Origin: Chthoniobacteraceae bacterium
Lineage (GTDB): Bacteria > Verrucomicrobiota > Verrucomicrobiia > Chthoniobacterales > Chthoniobacteraceae
DNA: 64,000 nt
NCBI GenBank assembly: GCA_031409655.1
Contig: JANNXQ010000235.1
Span: 1-64,000 of the forward strand
Reading direction: 5' to 3'
This document shows positions 50,572-60,519 of the stretch, one piece after another. A program made the position numbers and the translations under genes. A model generated the notes under the pieces. That model had not been told where the DNA came from. It did no database searches and saw only the letters and a list, made by a program, of their open reading frames with translations. The stretch's first letter is position 1. Every line of letters begins with the position of its first letter.

Positions 50572-51717
50572 ATGTGTTCCCCACGCCCCTTCCTCCTCGC
50601 CGGATTACTCGCCTTTTCCCTGCCACAAAGCAGCCGCGCGCAGCACAAGCCACTCCCCACCTTCACCGACGCCGACGCTGCGACGCACGCCGGTGAAGAG
50701 GCCACCGTCACCGGAAAGGTGACCGCCGTCACAAAATCGAAAGGCGGCACGAGCTACCTGAATTTCGGCGATCGTTTCCCGCGCCAGACTTTCAGCGGCG
50801 TGGTGCTGGTGCGCGATCAGGAGAAGGTGGGCGACGTGAAGCTCTACGAAGGCAAGTCCGTCGCGATCAGCGGGAAGATCGAACTCTCGCCAGATCAGAA
50901 GCCCCAGATCGTGATCAGTAAGCCGGAGCAGATCAAACTTACGGAACCTGGCGCGCCTGCCGCACCGACGCCTACGGCAACAGCGGAAGCGAAGGCGGCT
51001 CCGACCGCGACTTTGCCGAAGAGCGCAAACGCGCGGAAGATCGTGCTCGCGCAGAATTGGGCAAACGCATCCCAGACCGGCGCGATGACGCGCAAAGATC
51101 TCGCCAGGCTCTTCTCCGGCCAGGGCACCGCCGCCGAAGCCTCCGAGGCCGACACCGCCATCATCGTCTATCAGGACATCCCTTTTCTCACGCCCTTGGC
51201 CGAAGCCCGCAAGCGGCTCAAACTCGACAGCAGCACACCCTCAAAGGTGAAGGTGACGTGCCCCGGGCTGCCGTTCGACAGCTTCTCTGCCTATGCCTTC
51301 ACCGGCATCTTCGAAGGCGGCTACAACCGGCTCTACCTCGTCACCGACAATGCCGACCAACTCGTCAGTGCGCTCGTCGTTGACGAGAATTCCCGCCAGC
51401 GCACCAAGGAACTCGACGACTCCTTTGGCTACCACACTTACAACTTCATCAACAACCGCGTCAAAGGCACCAACGACCTCATCATCCGCCACGAGATCGC
51501 CGCCGCGAGCCGGCCCGGCGTCGTCACCATCGATAGCACCTTGATCGACCCGAACGATGGCGCGCCGGCATCCTCGAGCCGCACGACGTCCCGCCCGAGC
51601 GCCACTTCGAAATCCGTCCCGCGCACGGCGCGCGATGGCAAAGTCATGGAGCGCTCGCGCTGGTTCGTGCCCGTGCCGGTGGTGAATCTCATCCTCCGTT
51701 CCATCGGCAATCGCTGA
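50572..51717 (+). CDS. Exported hypothetical protein with an N-terminal OB-fold-like domain
   Basis: Signal-like N-terminus; HAGEEATVTGKV...YLNFGDRFPRQTFSGVV...GKSVAISGKI; unrecognised C-terminal domain. Confidence 0.7.
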   Translation: MCSPRPFLLAGLLAFSLPQSSRAQHKPLPTFTDADAATHAGEEATVTGKVTAVTKSKGGTSYLNFGDRFPRQTFSGVVLVRDQEKVGDVKLYEGKSVAISGKIELSPDQKPQIVISKPEQIKLTEPGAPAAPTPTATAEAKAAPTATLPKSANARKIVLAQNWANASQTGAMTRKDLARLFSGQGTAAEASEADTAIIVYQDIPFLTPLAEARKRLKLDSSTPSKVKVTCPGLPFDSFSAYAFTGIFEGGYNRLYLVTDNADQLVSALVVDENSRQRTKELDDSFGYHTYNFINNRVKGTNDLIIRHEIAAASRPGVVTIDSTLIDPNDGAPASSSRTTSRPSATSKSVPRTARDGKVMERSRWFVPVPVVNLILRSIGNR

Positions 51718-51743
51718 GGGCTGGACGTGCGACCGAACTCCGG

Positions 51744-51977
51744 CAAGGAGCAGGGGCGCCCTCGCCCACAGAAGCAACTCGGGGCGGGGGCGCCCCTGCT
51801 CCTTGGGCGCAAACAACCTGATGTTTGACGATCGCAGGGCTGGCGGCGCAAGGAGCGGCGACAGTCCTGTCGCCGTCGGGGCCCTGCGCCGGAGGCGCAC
51901 CACCCCGCCGCTTTTCCAAAAGAGGTGCGCCTCCGGCGCGCGCCTGGTTCGGCGACAGGAATGTTGCCGCTCCTTGC
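51744..51977. repeat. Two GGAG-type REP-like inverted doublets
   Basis: 51744-51767 / 51782-51805 (1 mismatch in 24) and 51848-51875 / 51950-51977 (2 in 28), the latter enclosing a perfect 16-bp inverted repeat 51886-51901 / 51924-51939. Confidence 0.85.
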
Positions 51978-52108
51978 CACGGTCCTTGCCACGCGCCACC
52001 AAAGCCCCAGGCACGCGAGAAATTCCAAGCTCCGCTTCCTCACGCCTCGCGGACGCTGTAAAAGGCAACGGGGTCAAAGCTTACTATATATTGACACTCG
52101 GCGCTCAG

Positions 52109-52254
52109 CGGATGACCACTGCCACTCGGATGACATGGATTCGCCGGGCCTTGCCGCAACGGAGGCGTCCGCCCGTTGCGGAGCGAACGTTCGCGCCCCG
52201 AGGTGCTTCCGCTTTCTCCATCCGTGTCATCCGTGTCATCCGTGGAATCCGTGG
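52109..52254. repeat. Inverted repeat built from ATCCGTGTC nonamers
   Basis: Right arm ATCCGTGTC ATCCGTGTC ATCCGTGGA ATCCGTGG at 52220-52254; left arm CGGATGAC...CGGATGACATGGAT; internal hairpin CCGCAACGG/CCGTTGCGG. Confidence 0.75.
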
Positions 52255-52363
52255 CCAATTCCATCGACGTTCCCAGGCATGGATCTCGACCAGCACGCGG
52301 GCGGCTAGGGAGCACGCTGGCACATTCTCCCAAGGCGGCCTTCCGCCACCATTCTCGCCCCCC

Positions 52364-52732
52364 GGCAAACTCCCAACCCGCCAGAAAGGCCAATGCCCGA
52401 GAACCCTGAACTCCACCGGACTCGAAAGGCGAAACGCCCGAGCACCGAAAATTCCAAACGTGCTGGAAAGGACAATTTTCAAGCGCTCGAAACTCTAACC
52501 GCGTCAGAAATCTCCTTTCCAGCCCACTTAGAGCTCTAAGTGCCCCGGAAAGGACAATTCTGAGAGACTTAGAGCTCCAGTTCTCATGCCTGCGAGCCCG
52601 GAAGTCCATTTAGAGCTCTAGATGTATGGAAATCATGCATTCCGGCCCACTTAGAGTTCCAAACGCGCCTCCGGCCATCTTTCTGACCCTGTTAGATCCG
52701 AAAAACGCGAATCCTCCGAAGTTGGCACGCAC
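52364..52732. repeat. Degenerate non-coding tandem array, 41-bp period, palindromic TTAGAGCTCTAA core
   Basis: TTAGA(G) cores start at 52528, 52569, 52610, 52651 and 52692, exactly 41 apart; degenerate in-phase copies at 52487, 52446, 52405 and 52364. Confidence 0.85.
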
Positions 52733-53004
52733 TTCCGAGTTGGGCTGACCGAGCATTCACGCGATAGAAAAGTACTGAACAAAGCATGTGCAAAGTGTGC
52801 AAAGGGACAGGTCTGAATGGCACTCCAGCCAGCGCAGTCTTAAAATTATAGGAAAATCCTTGCATTCGATTCGCCGTGTCTGGCAGGCTATCCGAGGGTT
52901 CTCGGCGCAGATCTGGACCTTTTGGGAGTCAATTCTGAGACGAGCCCAGCGGAAGAATGGCGTCCAAGGGAAGATCCTGGTCTTCGGAAAATCCCCCCTC
53001 CCCA

Positions 53005-56000
53005 ATGAATCCTATACTCGTTTCCGGCAAACTGTGTTGCGCCCAGCGCGCTCGCGCACTCTGCGCTGGCTTCTTCCTTCTGATCGCCCCCTTCTCTTAC
53101 GCCCAAATTTTCTGGGATGCCGACGGAAGCGCGATCGGCAACTCCACCGCAGGCGCGAATCTCGGCGGCAGCGGAAGTTGGAATACAACGCTCGGGAATT
53201 GGTGGAACGGCCTGGCCCCCGCCACCAACCCCTGGCCCAACCTCGCGACGAACACCGCCGTCTTCTCCGGTACTGCGGGCACCGTGACGATCAACACCGG
53301 CGCGAGCGGCGTGCAAGCCGGCGGATTGCGATTCGAGAGCGGCAACTACGTCCTCGCCGGAGCCACCCCCGCCGAAGCGCTCACGCTTGGCGGCCCATTG
53401 CCGACTATCACCGTCACCAAGCCCGGCACCTATGCGAAGATCTCCGCCACCCTCGCCGGCAGCAATGGCCTCACCCTCGCCGGCCCCGGCACCCTCACCC
53501 TCACCGGAGCGAATACTTACACCGGCGGAACGACGATCAGCAGTGGCACTTTGAACGTGTGGCACGACTCGAATCTCGGGGCACCAGGTGCGCCGGTAAT
53601 ACTTGCGAGCGGGATTCTCCAACTCGGATCGACACGTCTCGACCGTTTGATCACGGTTTCTAACGCAAGCAGGATCGATGTATCACTTCCCAGTGGCGGC
53701 GGCGTTGCCGCCATCAGAGAGTTTCAAGGAGTAGCGACACTAACAAAGACTGGCTTCGGCACCGTGCGGTCTGCGGAAGCGAATGACTCGTTCACCGGTA
53801 TCCTGAATGTCGAGCAGGGCATCTTTCAGCTTCTCAACCGCGCGGATGTCGACGCTTTGCATAATCAGCGAGGCAGTGCGCGAAATGCCGCAGGGTATGT
53901 CGTGCAGAACGGCGCGATCCTTTCGGCCAATGGCGCAAATACATCGAATCCGGTGCGAGATTCGTTTTCGGATACAGCCCCGGTCACGCTGAGTGGCGGT
54001 ACGCTTCAATTGCTGGGCACGGCTCTCGATTTTCCGCAACGCGAGACGGCGGGAGACCTCATCGTCCAACGGAGTTTGTCGCGAGTGAACCCAATCCGTT
54101 TTGCGCAAAACGACTTCGTGCTCGATCTCAGGTCGATAACCCATCAATTGGGGGGGCCGTCTCCTTTACGGCATACAATGGCGCCACCAAAACAGGAACT
54201 CTCGGTGCTCCGGGCAGCAGCCCGCGCGTGACTTTCCGCACGGCGCCAGTGTTGAACGACGGGATCATCGGAGGCTTGGCGCTCATCGACGCTAGCACGG
54301 CAAGTGCCCCAACGATTGGGGCGGATTTCGCAAGCTACCTCGGGACGGGATTGGCGGCGGACCAGGGTGTGGGTGCGCTAGGAACCACAGGATTTGCCGG
54401 CTATTCGGTGCATGCGGGTGCATCGATCGGATCCGCGAGTCCGACTGAGAATGTCTTCATTTCGGGAGGAACTGGAACGGTGGCAAGCATCGGGAGCGTC
54501 ACGATCAACTCGTTAAAATTTGAAGCTGTCGCATCGAGTAGCCCGATCATAGCCCAACAACCCGGAACCACCCTCACGATCGACTCGGGCGGCGTGATCT
54601 TTACGGGTTCGGCCTCAACACACATTCTCGGATCCCAAGGAGGGGTTTTGACCACGCTCGCCGACGCCATCTACTTTCACGTTGCGACCACAGGCGGAGC
54701 AACCAGTGCCGTGGCGGCGTCGATCACTGGCCCAAATGTCGCAGTCGTGAAGGATATGAATGGGACCTTGACACTCAGCGGGAACAATTCCTACGGAGGG
54801 GGTTACGTATATTAGCGGTGGAGGCACCGTCTCTACAACCACTGTCGCTGGCCGTACATCACTCGGGGCTGGGCCTGTTTTCGTGAATAGTGGTCTGCTG
54901 AGCCTCGGCGTGTCTGGGGCGACCTCTTCGTTGGGCGGATATACTGCGGAAAACGGCGGGCAGATTCAGCTCTCCTCGATCGCCTTCAACTCTCCCGGTG
55001 ATCGATTCACGATCTCGTCCAACTCGATCATCACCGCAAACAGCGCCGCCTCCGGTCTGGGACTTAGCAGCCTCACGCGAGTGGCCACCCTTACCGGACC
55101 AGGACAAGTCGTTCTCTCCCCAGACGCAATCGTCGGTTTCACTAGCAACCTTCCCGGACCGCTAAGTTCAGCTTCGCTGATCAATAACCTGGGAACCAAT
55201 GCAGATTTGCTCCTGGGAGTCGGTGCGCAAACTTCGTCCGCCGGTTCGATCACCATCGGTGTTGGTACTCCGTTTCACGGGATCAGCAGCATCGCCAGTG
55301 GAGTCGCCAGCGGCCGAGTGGGGACGGTATTTGTCACGGCAGGAACGACAGACTTTGTCTTAAACTCTTTCACTGGGGGAACGGGAGGCACGGGGTCCAA
55401 CTTACTCTCAATCGGCAATGGCTCGGCTGCCGGGTCCGTCACAATCGCATCCCAGGGAACAGGCCCCGTGAATGCGCACGTGCGGGGAACAAATGTCTCC
55501 CTTAACGACGACACCAGCGTGTTCGGGGGACCTGCAGCTCCGCTGACCTTCGTAGTGGATCCCGGCGGCACGTTGGCTCTTCAAAGCGGCAACGCCCTCG
55601 GCAGCGGGACGGGTTTGGCCAGCGTACGCGTCACGAATGGCGGATCCTTGAATCCCGCATCGCCCACCGCCATCAATGGTGCCGTTCGCATTGAGGCCGG
55701 CGGGCGGTTCCAGCCCTCATCTCCAGCCTCTCGGGCACGGGCTCGATCGCCTTTGAGCCGGGTTCGATCCTGAGCATTTCACCCAATGGCTGGAGCCGCC
55801 CGCAGGCGAATGCAACGCTGCTGCCGGACAACGCCATCGTTCGAATCCTGGCAAGCAATTTCGGCTCCCCTTCGCAGCCGCTCCTTACCCAACCATCCTT
55901 TTCTGGGGCGGGAATCTACGTGCTAACCAGTTCCGTCGCTGCGGCGAATCCGCTCGTCCCGAATACTACGATCTTGAACCTAAACCACGGCGGCATCGTC

Positions 56001-57284
56001 ACGGCGGACAGCGGAGGCCGCGCGTGGGCTAATGCGCCCAATGGAGTGATCACGGTGGGGACCGGGGGAGGTGTTATAGCGGCATCGACGACCGGTTTCT
56101 TCCAAATGGAGAACGCGATGAACCTCGGCACGAACATCCTTACGGTGGGCTCTGACCTGAACCTCGATGGCGAACTCAAACACGGTGAGGTGCGGCTTGC
56201 TGCTCGCGTCGATGCAGCGCCAGGTGCTAAAATCGCGGTGATCCCTGATGTCGCCCTCCGGCTCGTCGGGCCTAATATCCTCGACGACGATCTCCGCGTC
56301 ACGCTCGGCGCGGACAGCCTTTTGCTCGTGGACAATGCCGAGACCGTGGATCGCATCACGGGCGCGGCGAGCAGCCGCATCCTCGGCGCGGCGCCACTCA
56401 CGCTCGCCAATGCCGATGGTGGCGACTTTACGCTGGACTCGAGGATCGAGGGAGGCGCGAGCTTTTCGCTCGTGAAGCAAGGGGGCGGCACGCTCACGCT
56501 CACGCACCCTGCGAGTTCCTTTTCGGGGCCTGTCACCGTCTCTGGTGGCAGACTCACCGTGAATGGTTCCCTCACGCAAACGAGCTCCGTGCTCGTCGAT
56601 GGCCCTGGAGCGCGATTCGGCGTCAACGGCTCGATCAATCCCGGCGCAACGACCGTCGTCGCCAACGGCACCGTCTCCGGGACGGGCAGCCTCGGCCCCG
56701 TGGTCACCAGCGCGGCAACGACCAGTGCGCGCGTCGCTCCGGGCAATAGCATCGGCATACTGACGGTAAACGGCACGGCGACCACGCCTGGACTCGACCT
56801 CAGCAGCGGAAGCGGCGCCGTGCTGAGCATCGAAGTCGGGAAAGCGATCGCCGGCAACACGCTGCTCGGTCCGGGTGTCGATTACGATCAGATCGTGGTC
56901 AACGGACATAGCGGCACGCTCAATCGCATCGTCCTCGGATTCGACGCCACGCTGGAGATCGCCTTTCCCGCGGGGCGCTTCTTGGACGTGGGTGACATAT
57001 TCTTCATCGCCGTGAACGTTGCGAACGAGGAGCCCGTGAGTGGCACCTTTGCCTCGCTCGCGGAGGGGGCGACCGTGCTTGCCGCCGATGGCACGCCGTT
57101 CACCGTCACCTACCGCGCCGATTGGGAGGGCACCCAGGCGGCGAGCCGCTCCGTGGGCGGGAATGACGTGGCACTCATCGCGGTGCCGGAGTCGAACGCT
57201 GCCGCATTTGCCCTCGCGGGTGCTGTCTGGCTGCTCGCGCGCCGCCGTCGCCGGACCGCCGACGAATTGCCTCGGGCGTGGTGA
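53005..57284 (+). pseudogene. Frameshifted ~1426-aa autotransporter-passenger-repeat (PATR) protein with a PEP-CTERM-like anchor
   Basis: Four consecutive ORFs join after single-base fixes at ~54150, ~54800 and ~55714; GTLTLTGANTYTGGTTISSGTL-type repeats; YDQIVV; C-terminal VPES-TM-RRRRR. Could be a true pseudogene or sequencing error. Confidence 0.8.
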
Positions 57285-57426
57285 TCAACGAATCGAGTGA
57301 CCGCAGCTAATTTTTTGGAAGTGCTGTCTGACGTAGTTCCCCAATTGCGATCGATTGACAGTCACGCCGCGTTTCCTCTCGGGATATTCCGGGCGGGACG
57401 TTTACTGGGTCCGAGACCGCGCTGGC

Positions 57427-60369
57427 TCACGCCTCGCGGAGGCTGAAGTTGCCCTGCGTGCCGAGGTCGAAGCGGTCGGTGCCGGAGGTGAGCGGAAATT
57501 TCACGGACCCGATCTGCAGTTTGCTGATTTGTTGCGCGGCGAAGCCAAAGTGTTCGCCGGTGGTGAAGCCGCCGACCTGGCCTTGCACGGTGATGCTGGC
57601 GATCTGGGAGACGAGGGCGTTGCCGCCGGCGATGACGAAATCGTCGCCGTCGCCGAATTGGAAATTTGGCCCGGGATTTACGCCCGCGGAGATGCGGGCG
57701 AGGGTGGCGTTGTGGCCGATGGTGATGGCGCCGATTTGCACGTCGGGGTTGGTCCAGGTGCGGGTGAGGTGATCGAATCCGGCAAAGATCGAGCCATCGA
57801 AATCGCCGCCGATGCTGATGCTGGCGATGGCGAGGGCGGCGCTGGCGGTGGTCGCGCCGGTGTGGCCGCGGGCGCTGATCAAGCCGCTGACGTCGCGGCC
57901 GATCTTCACTTTGCCGATGGTGGAAAGTGTGGAGATATCCGCGAAGAGGGTGCCTTTGATCTCGACGCTGGTGATGTGCGTGAGGGCGGAGATGGAGCCG
58001 GAAAGCTCGCCGCTGCCGCGCTGCAGGCTGCCGCCGACTTTCACGGGACCGAGGGAGGCGGCACTGACGATCGTCCCGCTATTGGGGCCCGCACCGCCTT
58101 CGAGCGATTGGGCGACGGAGATCGAGGTGATGCCCGCGAAGCCGAAGACGGAGCCGGAGGTGGCGCCGCTGCCGCCGATGAGCGAGCCGAGGATTTTCGT
58201 GGCCCCGAGGGTGCCGTTGGACTGCACTGTGCCGGAGCGGTCCCCGGCCCCACCGAGGAGGGTGCCGCCGATGGTCACGCTGCCGATCCCGACGCCGAGG
58301 ATGGAGCCGCTGTCGGCGGAAGCACCGCCGAGGAGATTGTGGGCGAGGGTGATGCTGCCGATCCGGCCATTTGACTGGATGGAGCCATTCACCGCGATGC
58401 CCGTGGCGCTCGGGTTGCCGACGATCCGGTCTCCGATGCTCACTTTCCCGATGCCGCCGGTGCCCGCGACGAGGATGCCGCTATTCGCGGCGGTGCCGCC
58501 GATGAGGGAGCCACCGATGGAAATCTCTTTGATGCTGACGCTCCCGAGTGAGCCGGACCCGGACGCGGAGCCGCCGATGATATCACCGCCGATGCGCACC
58601 TTGCCGAGGCTGCCACTGACAAAGATCGCGCCGAGGGTGGCATTGGCGCCCCCGATGACACTCCCGCCGATCGTCAAAGAATCGAGATTGCCCGTGACGG
58701 TGAGGCTGGAGCCGACGAGGTCGGTCGTGATCGTGGCTTTGCCCAAGGTGCCGACCACCACGCTATCGAGGATGGCTGGCAGCGCCTGGGTGGCGCTAAA
58801 GTAGCGACTGAGGGAATGCACTTTGAGCGACTTGAGGGCGGGCGTGGAGGCGGTGCCATCCCCGGCGTCGATGCGTCCGAGGTCGCCGGTGATCTGCACG
58901 CTGCCGAGGTCGAGGTCGGTGGCATTGAGGTAGCCCACGTTCACAAAGCCATCGCCGCCCGCAGCGGTGCGCTGAGCGGAGATGGTGATGTTTGCGCCGT
59001 TGAATTCCGCGGCGTCGTTGTGCAGGTCGAGGGTTTGCAGTTGTCCGCCGCCCGAGGTGCCGGCGTTGATCTGGAAGTTCGACTGCGCAAACTGGCCCTT
59101 CGAGGTGCGGACGGTGACGCGGTCGCCATCCACATCGGTGAAAGTCGCGGTGCGCCCTTCGGTCGAAATCACGGGAGCGACGGCGGCGGAAATCGAGACG
59201 ACGGAGAGCGAAAATTCGGAGGTATTGCCCGCGGCATCGATGGCGATGGCGGAGACGGCGACCCCAGGGTTGAGTTGCGCATCGAAGCTCGCGCTGAAAG
59301 TCCCGAGTCCGGCGGCATCCGTGCTCACTCCGGTGGCGCCGAAGAAATTTTCCGCCTCCCCGTAGCCCGTCGGGTCGGCGGGGTCGGGGATGAAAAACTG
59401 TACGGCGACGATGCTGGACGGGGTACTGGTGAGGGTGCCGCGAAGGACGGTGCGGCCGCCGCCGATGAGCGCTTGCGTGATCACGGGGAAGGCCTGATGC
59501 CCGGCGGTGTTCGGCGTCACGCCGTCGTCGAAGATATCGATGCCGAGGCCGCCGTTTTTGAAAATGCGATTGCCGCTGATCACATTGCCAGCGGCGAGCG
59601 AGTCCGCGCTGGTCGCGACGCCAGCACCCAGATTTCCGGCGATGATGTTCAAAGCCCCGGGGTCGAGGCCGCCCACGAGATTGCCATTTGCGCCTGCGGA
59701 AAAGCGGATGCCCGTGCCATTGGCGAGCGGCCCCATGACGTCGGCCAGCGATCCGATGTTGTTGCCGAGGATGCTGTTTTCCACCGCATTTCTACCCGTG
59801 AGGAGGATCCCTTCGCCGGTATTGCCGGAGATGACATTGCCCAGCGCTGCCGTCACGCCTCCGACAGTGTGCCCCCGGCCGGTGATGCGGATGCCGACGC
59901 CATTTGCAGGAGTGCCGGTGCCGGTGCCAGTGGCATCAGTGCCTATGTAGCTCCCCGTGACCGTGCCGCCCGAAGCGCCGAGGACGATGCCGGCACCCGC
60001 GAAATGATTGATCGTGAGCCCGCCGATTTTCACGCCCGGTGCGGCGACTTCGAGGCCATTCGCACCGACGCCGAGGGCTGTGCCGGTGAGTTCGATGCGA
60101 GGCGCGCCGCCAGCCACGAAGCCGGGCTGCGTGGTGCCGTCGATGATCACCGGATCGGTGATCAAAGGGAGTGCGGTGGCGAGGTTGATCGTCTGAACGC
60201 CACTGCCGGCGAGACTGAAGATGATCGTGTCGGAGCCGGCGGCACCATTTGCCTCCAGCAAAGCCTGGCGAAAGGAACCAGCGCCCGCGTCGGCCGCAGT
60301 GATCACGGTGAAAGTGGCGGGCGCGATGCGGGTTTCGAGCGGTTCGATGGGGTGGGGGAGGAGCGGCAT
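57427..60369 (-). CDS. ~980-aa surface protein: beta-helix passenger plus the same C-terminal Gly-rich module as 2608-10683
   Basis: ATG 60369 gives MPLLPHPIEPLETRIAPATFTVITAADAGAGSFRQAL; GNVISGN beta-helix turns; GNTSEFS; FTDVDGDRVTV; about 9 Gly-rich repeats. Confidence 0.88.
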   Translation of the reverse strand: MPLLPHPIEPLETRIAPATFTVITAADAGAGSFRQALLEANGAAGSDTIIFSLAGSGVQTINLATALPLITDPVIIDGTTQPGFVAGGAPRIELTGTALGVGANGLEVAAPGVKIGGLTINHFAGAGIVLGASGGTVTGSYIGTDATGTGTGTPANGVGIRITGRGHTVGGVTAALGNVISGNTGEGILLTGRNAVENSILGNNIGSLADVMGPLANGTGIRFSAGANGNLVGGLDPGALNIIAGNLGAGVATSADSLAAGNVISGNRIFKNGGLGIDIFDDGVTPNTAGHQAFPVITQALIGGGRTVLRGTLTSTPSSIVAVQFFIPDPADPTGYGEAENFFGATGVSTDAAGLGTFSASFDAQLNPGVAVSAIAIDAAGNTSEFSLSVVSISAAVAPVISTEGRTATFTDVDGDRVTVRTSKGQFAQSNFQINAGTSGGGQLQTLDLHNDAAEFNGANITISAQRTAAGGDGFVNVGYLNATDLDLGSVQITGDLGRIDAGDGTASTPALKSLKVHSLSRYFSATQALPAILDSVVVGTLGKATITTDLVGSSLTVTGNLDSLTIGGSVIGGANATLGAIFVSGSLGKVRIGGDIIGGSASGSGSLGSVSIKEISIGGSLIGGTAANSGILVAGTGGIGKVSIGDRIVGNPSATGIAVNGSIQSNGRIGSITLAHNLLGGASADSGSILGVGIGSVTIGGTLLGGAGDRSGTVQSNGTLGATKILGSLIGGSGATSGSVFGFAGITSISVAQSLEGGAGPNSGTIVSAASLGPVKVGGSLQRGSGELSGSISALTHITSVEIKGTLFADISTLSTIGKVKIGRDVSGLISARGHTGATTASAALAIASISIGGDFDGSIFAGFDHLTRTWTNPDVQIGAITIGHNATLARISAGVNPGPNFQFGDGDDFVIAGGNALVSQIASITVQGQVGGFTTGEHFGFAAQQISKLQIGSVKFPLTSGTDRFDLGTQGNFSLREA

Positions 60370-60519
60370 GATGAGGCAGAGTTTTGCCGGATCGGGGTCC
60401 GCGCGGCGAGGCGAAAGGCGCGGGGCGGCGCGCGCTCCGCGGACGGTGAAAGCGCCGCTGAAGCACGGCGCGTCAAATTTTCCCTTCCCGCCTCTCCATG
60501 CATCGGGGAGAAACCCGCG

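Noticed and set aside
51803..52609. ORFs of 125-231 aa across the repeat-rich intergenic region
   Set aside because: They translate hairpins and microrepeats (e.g. IRVIRVIRGIRG) and show no protein-like signal.
52364..52732. Calling the 41-bp array a CRISPR or TIGR array
   Set aside because: The conserved core is only about 12 bp and degenerate, the intervening sequences resemble each other, the period is too short for CRISPR, and no cas or Nop-domain (Tas) gene is in the window.
52722..52835. TGGCAC sites as sigma54 promoters of the PATR gene
   Set aside because: Neither has TTGC at the required -12 spacing.
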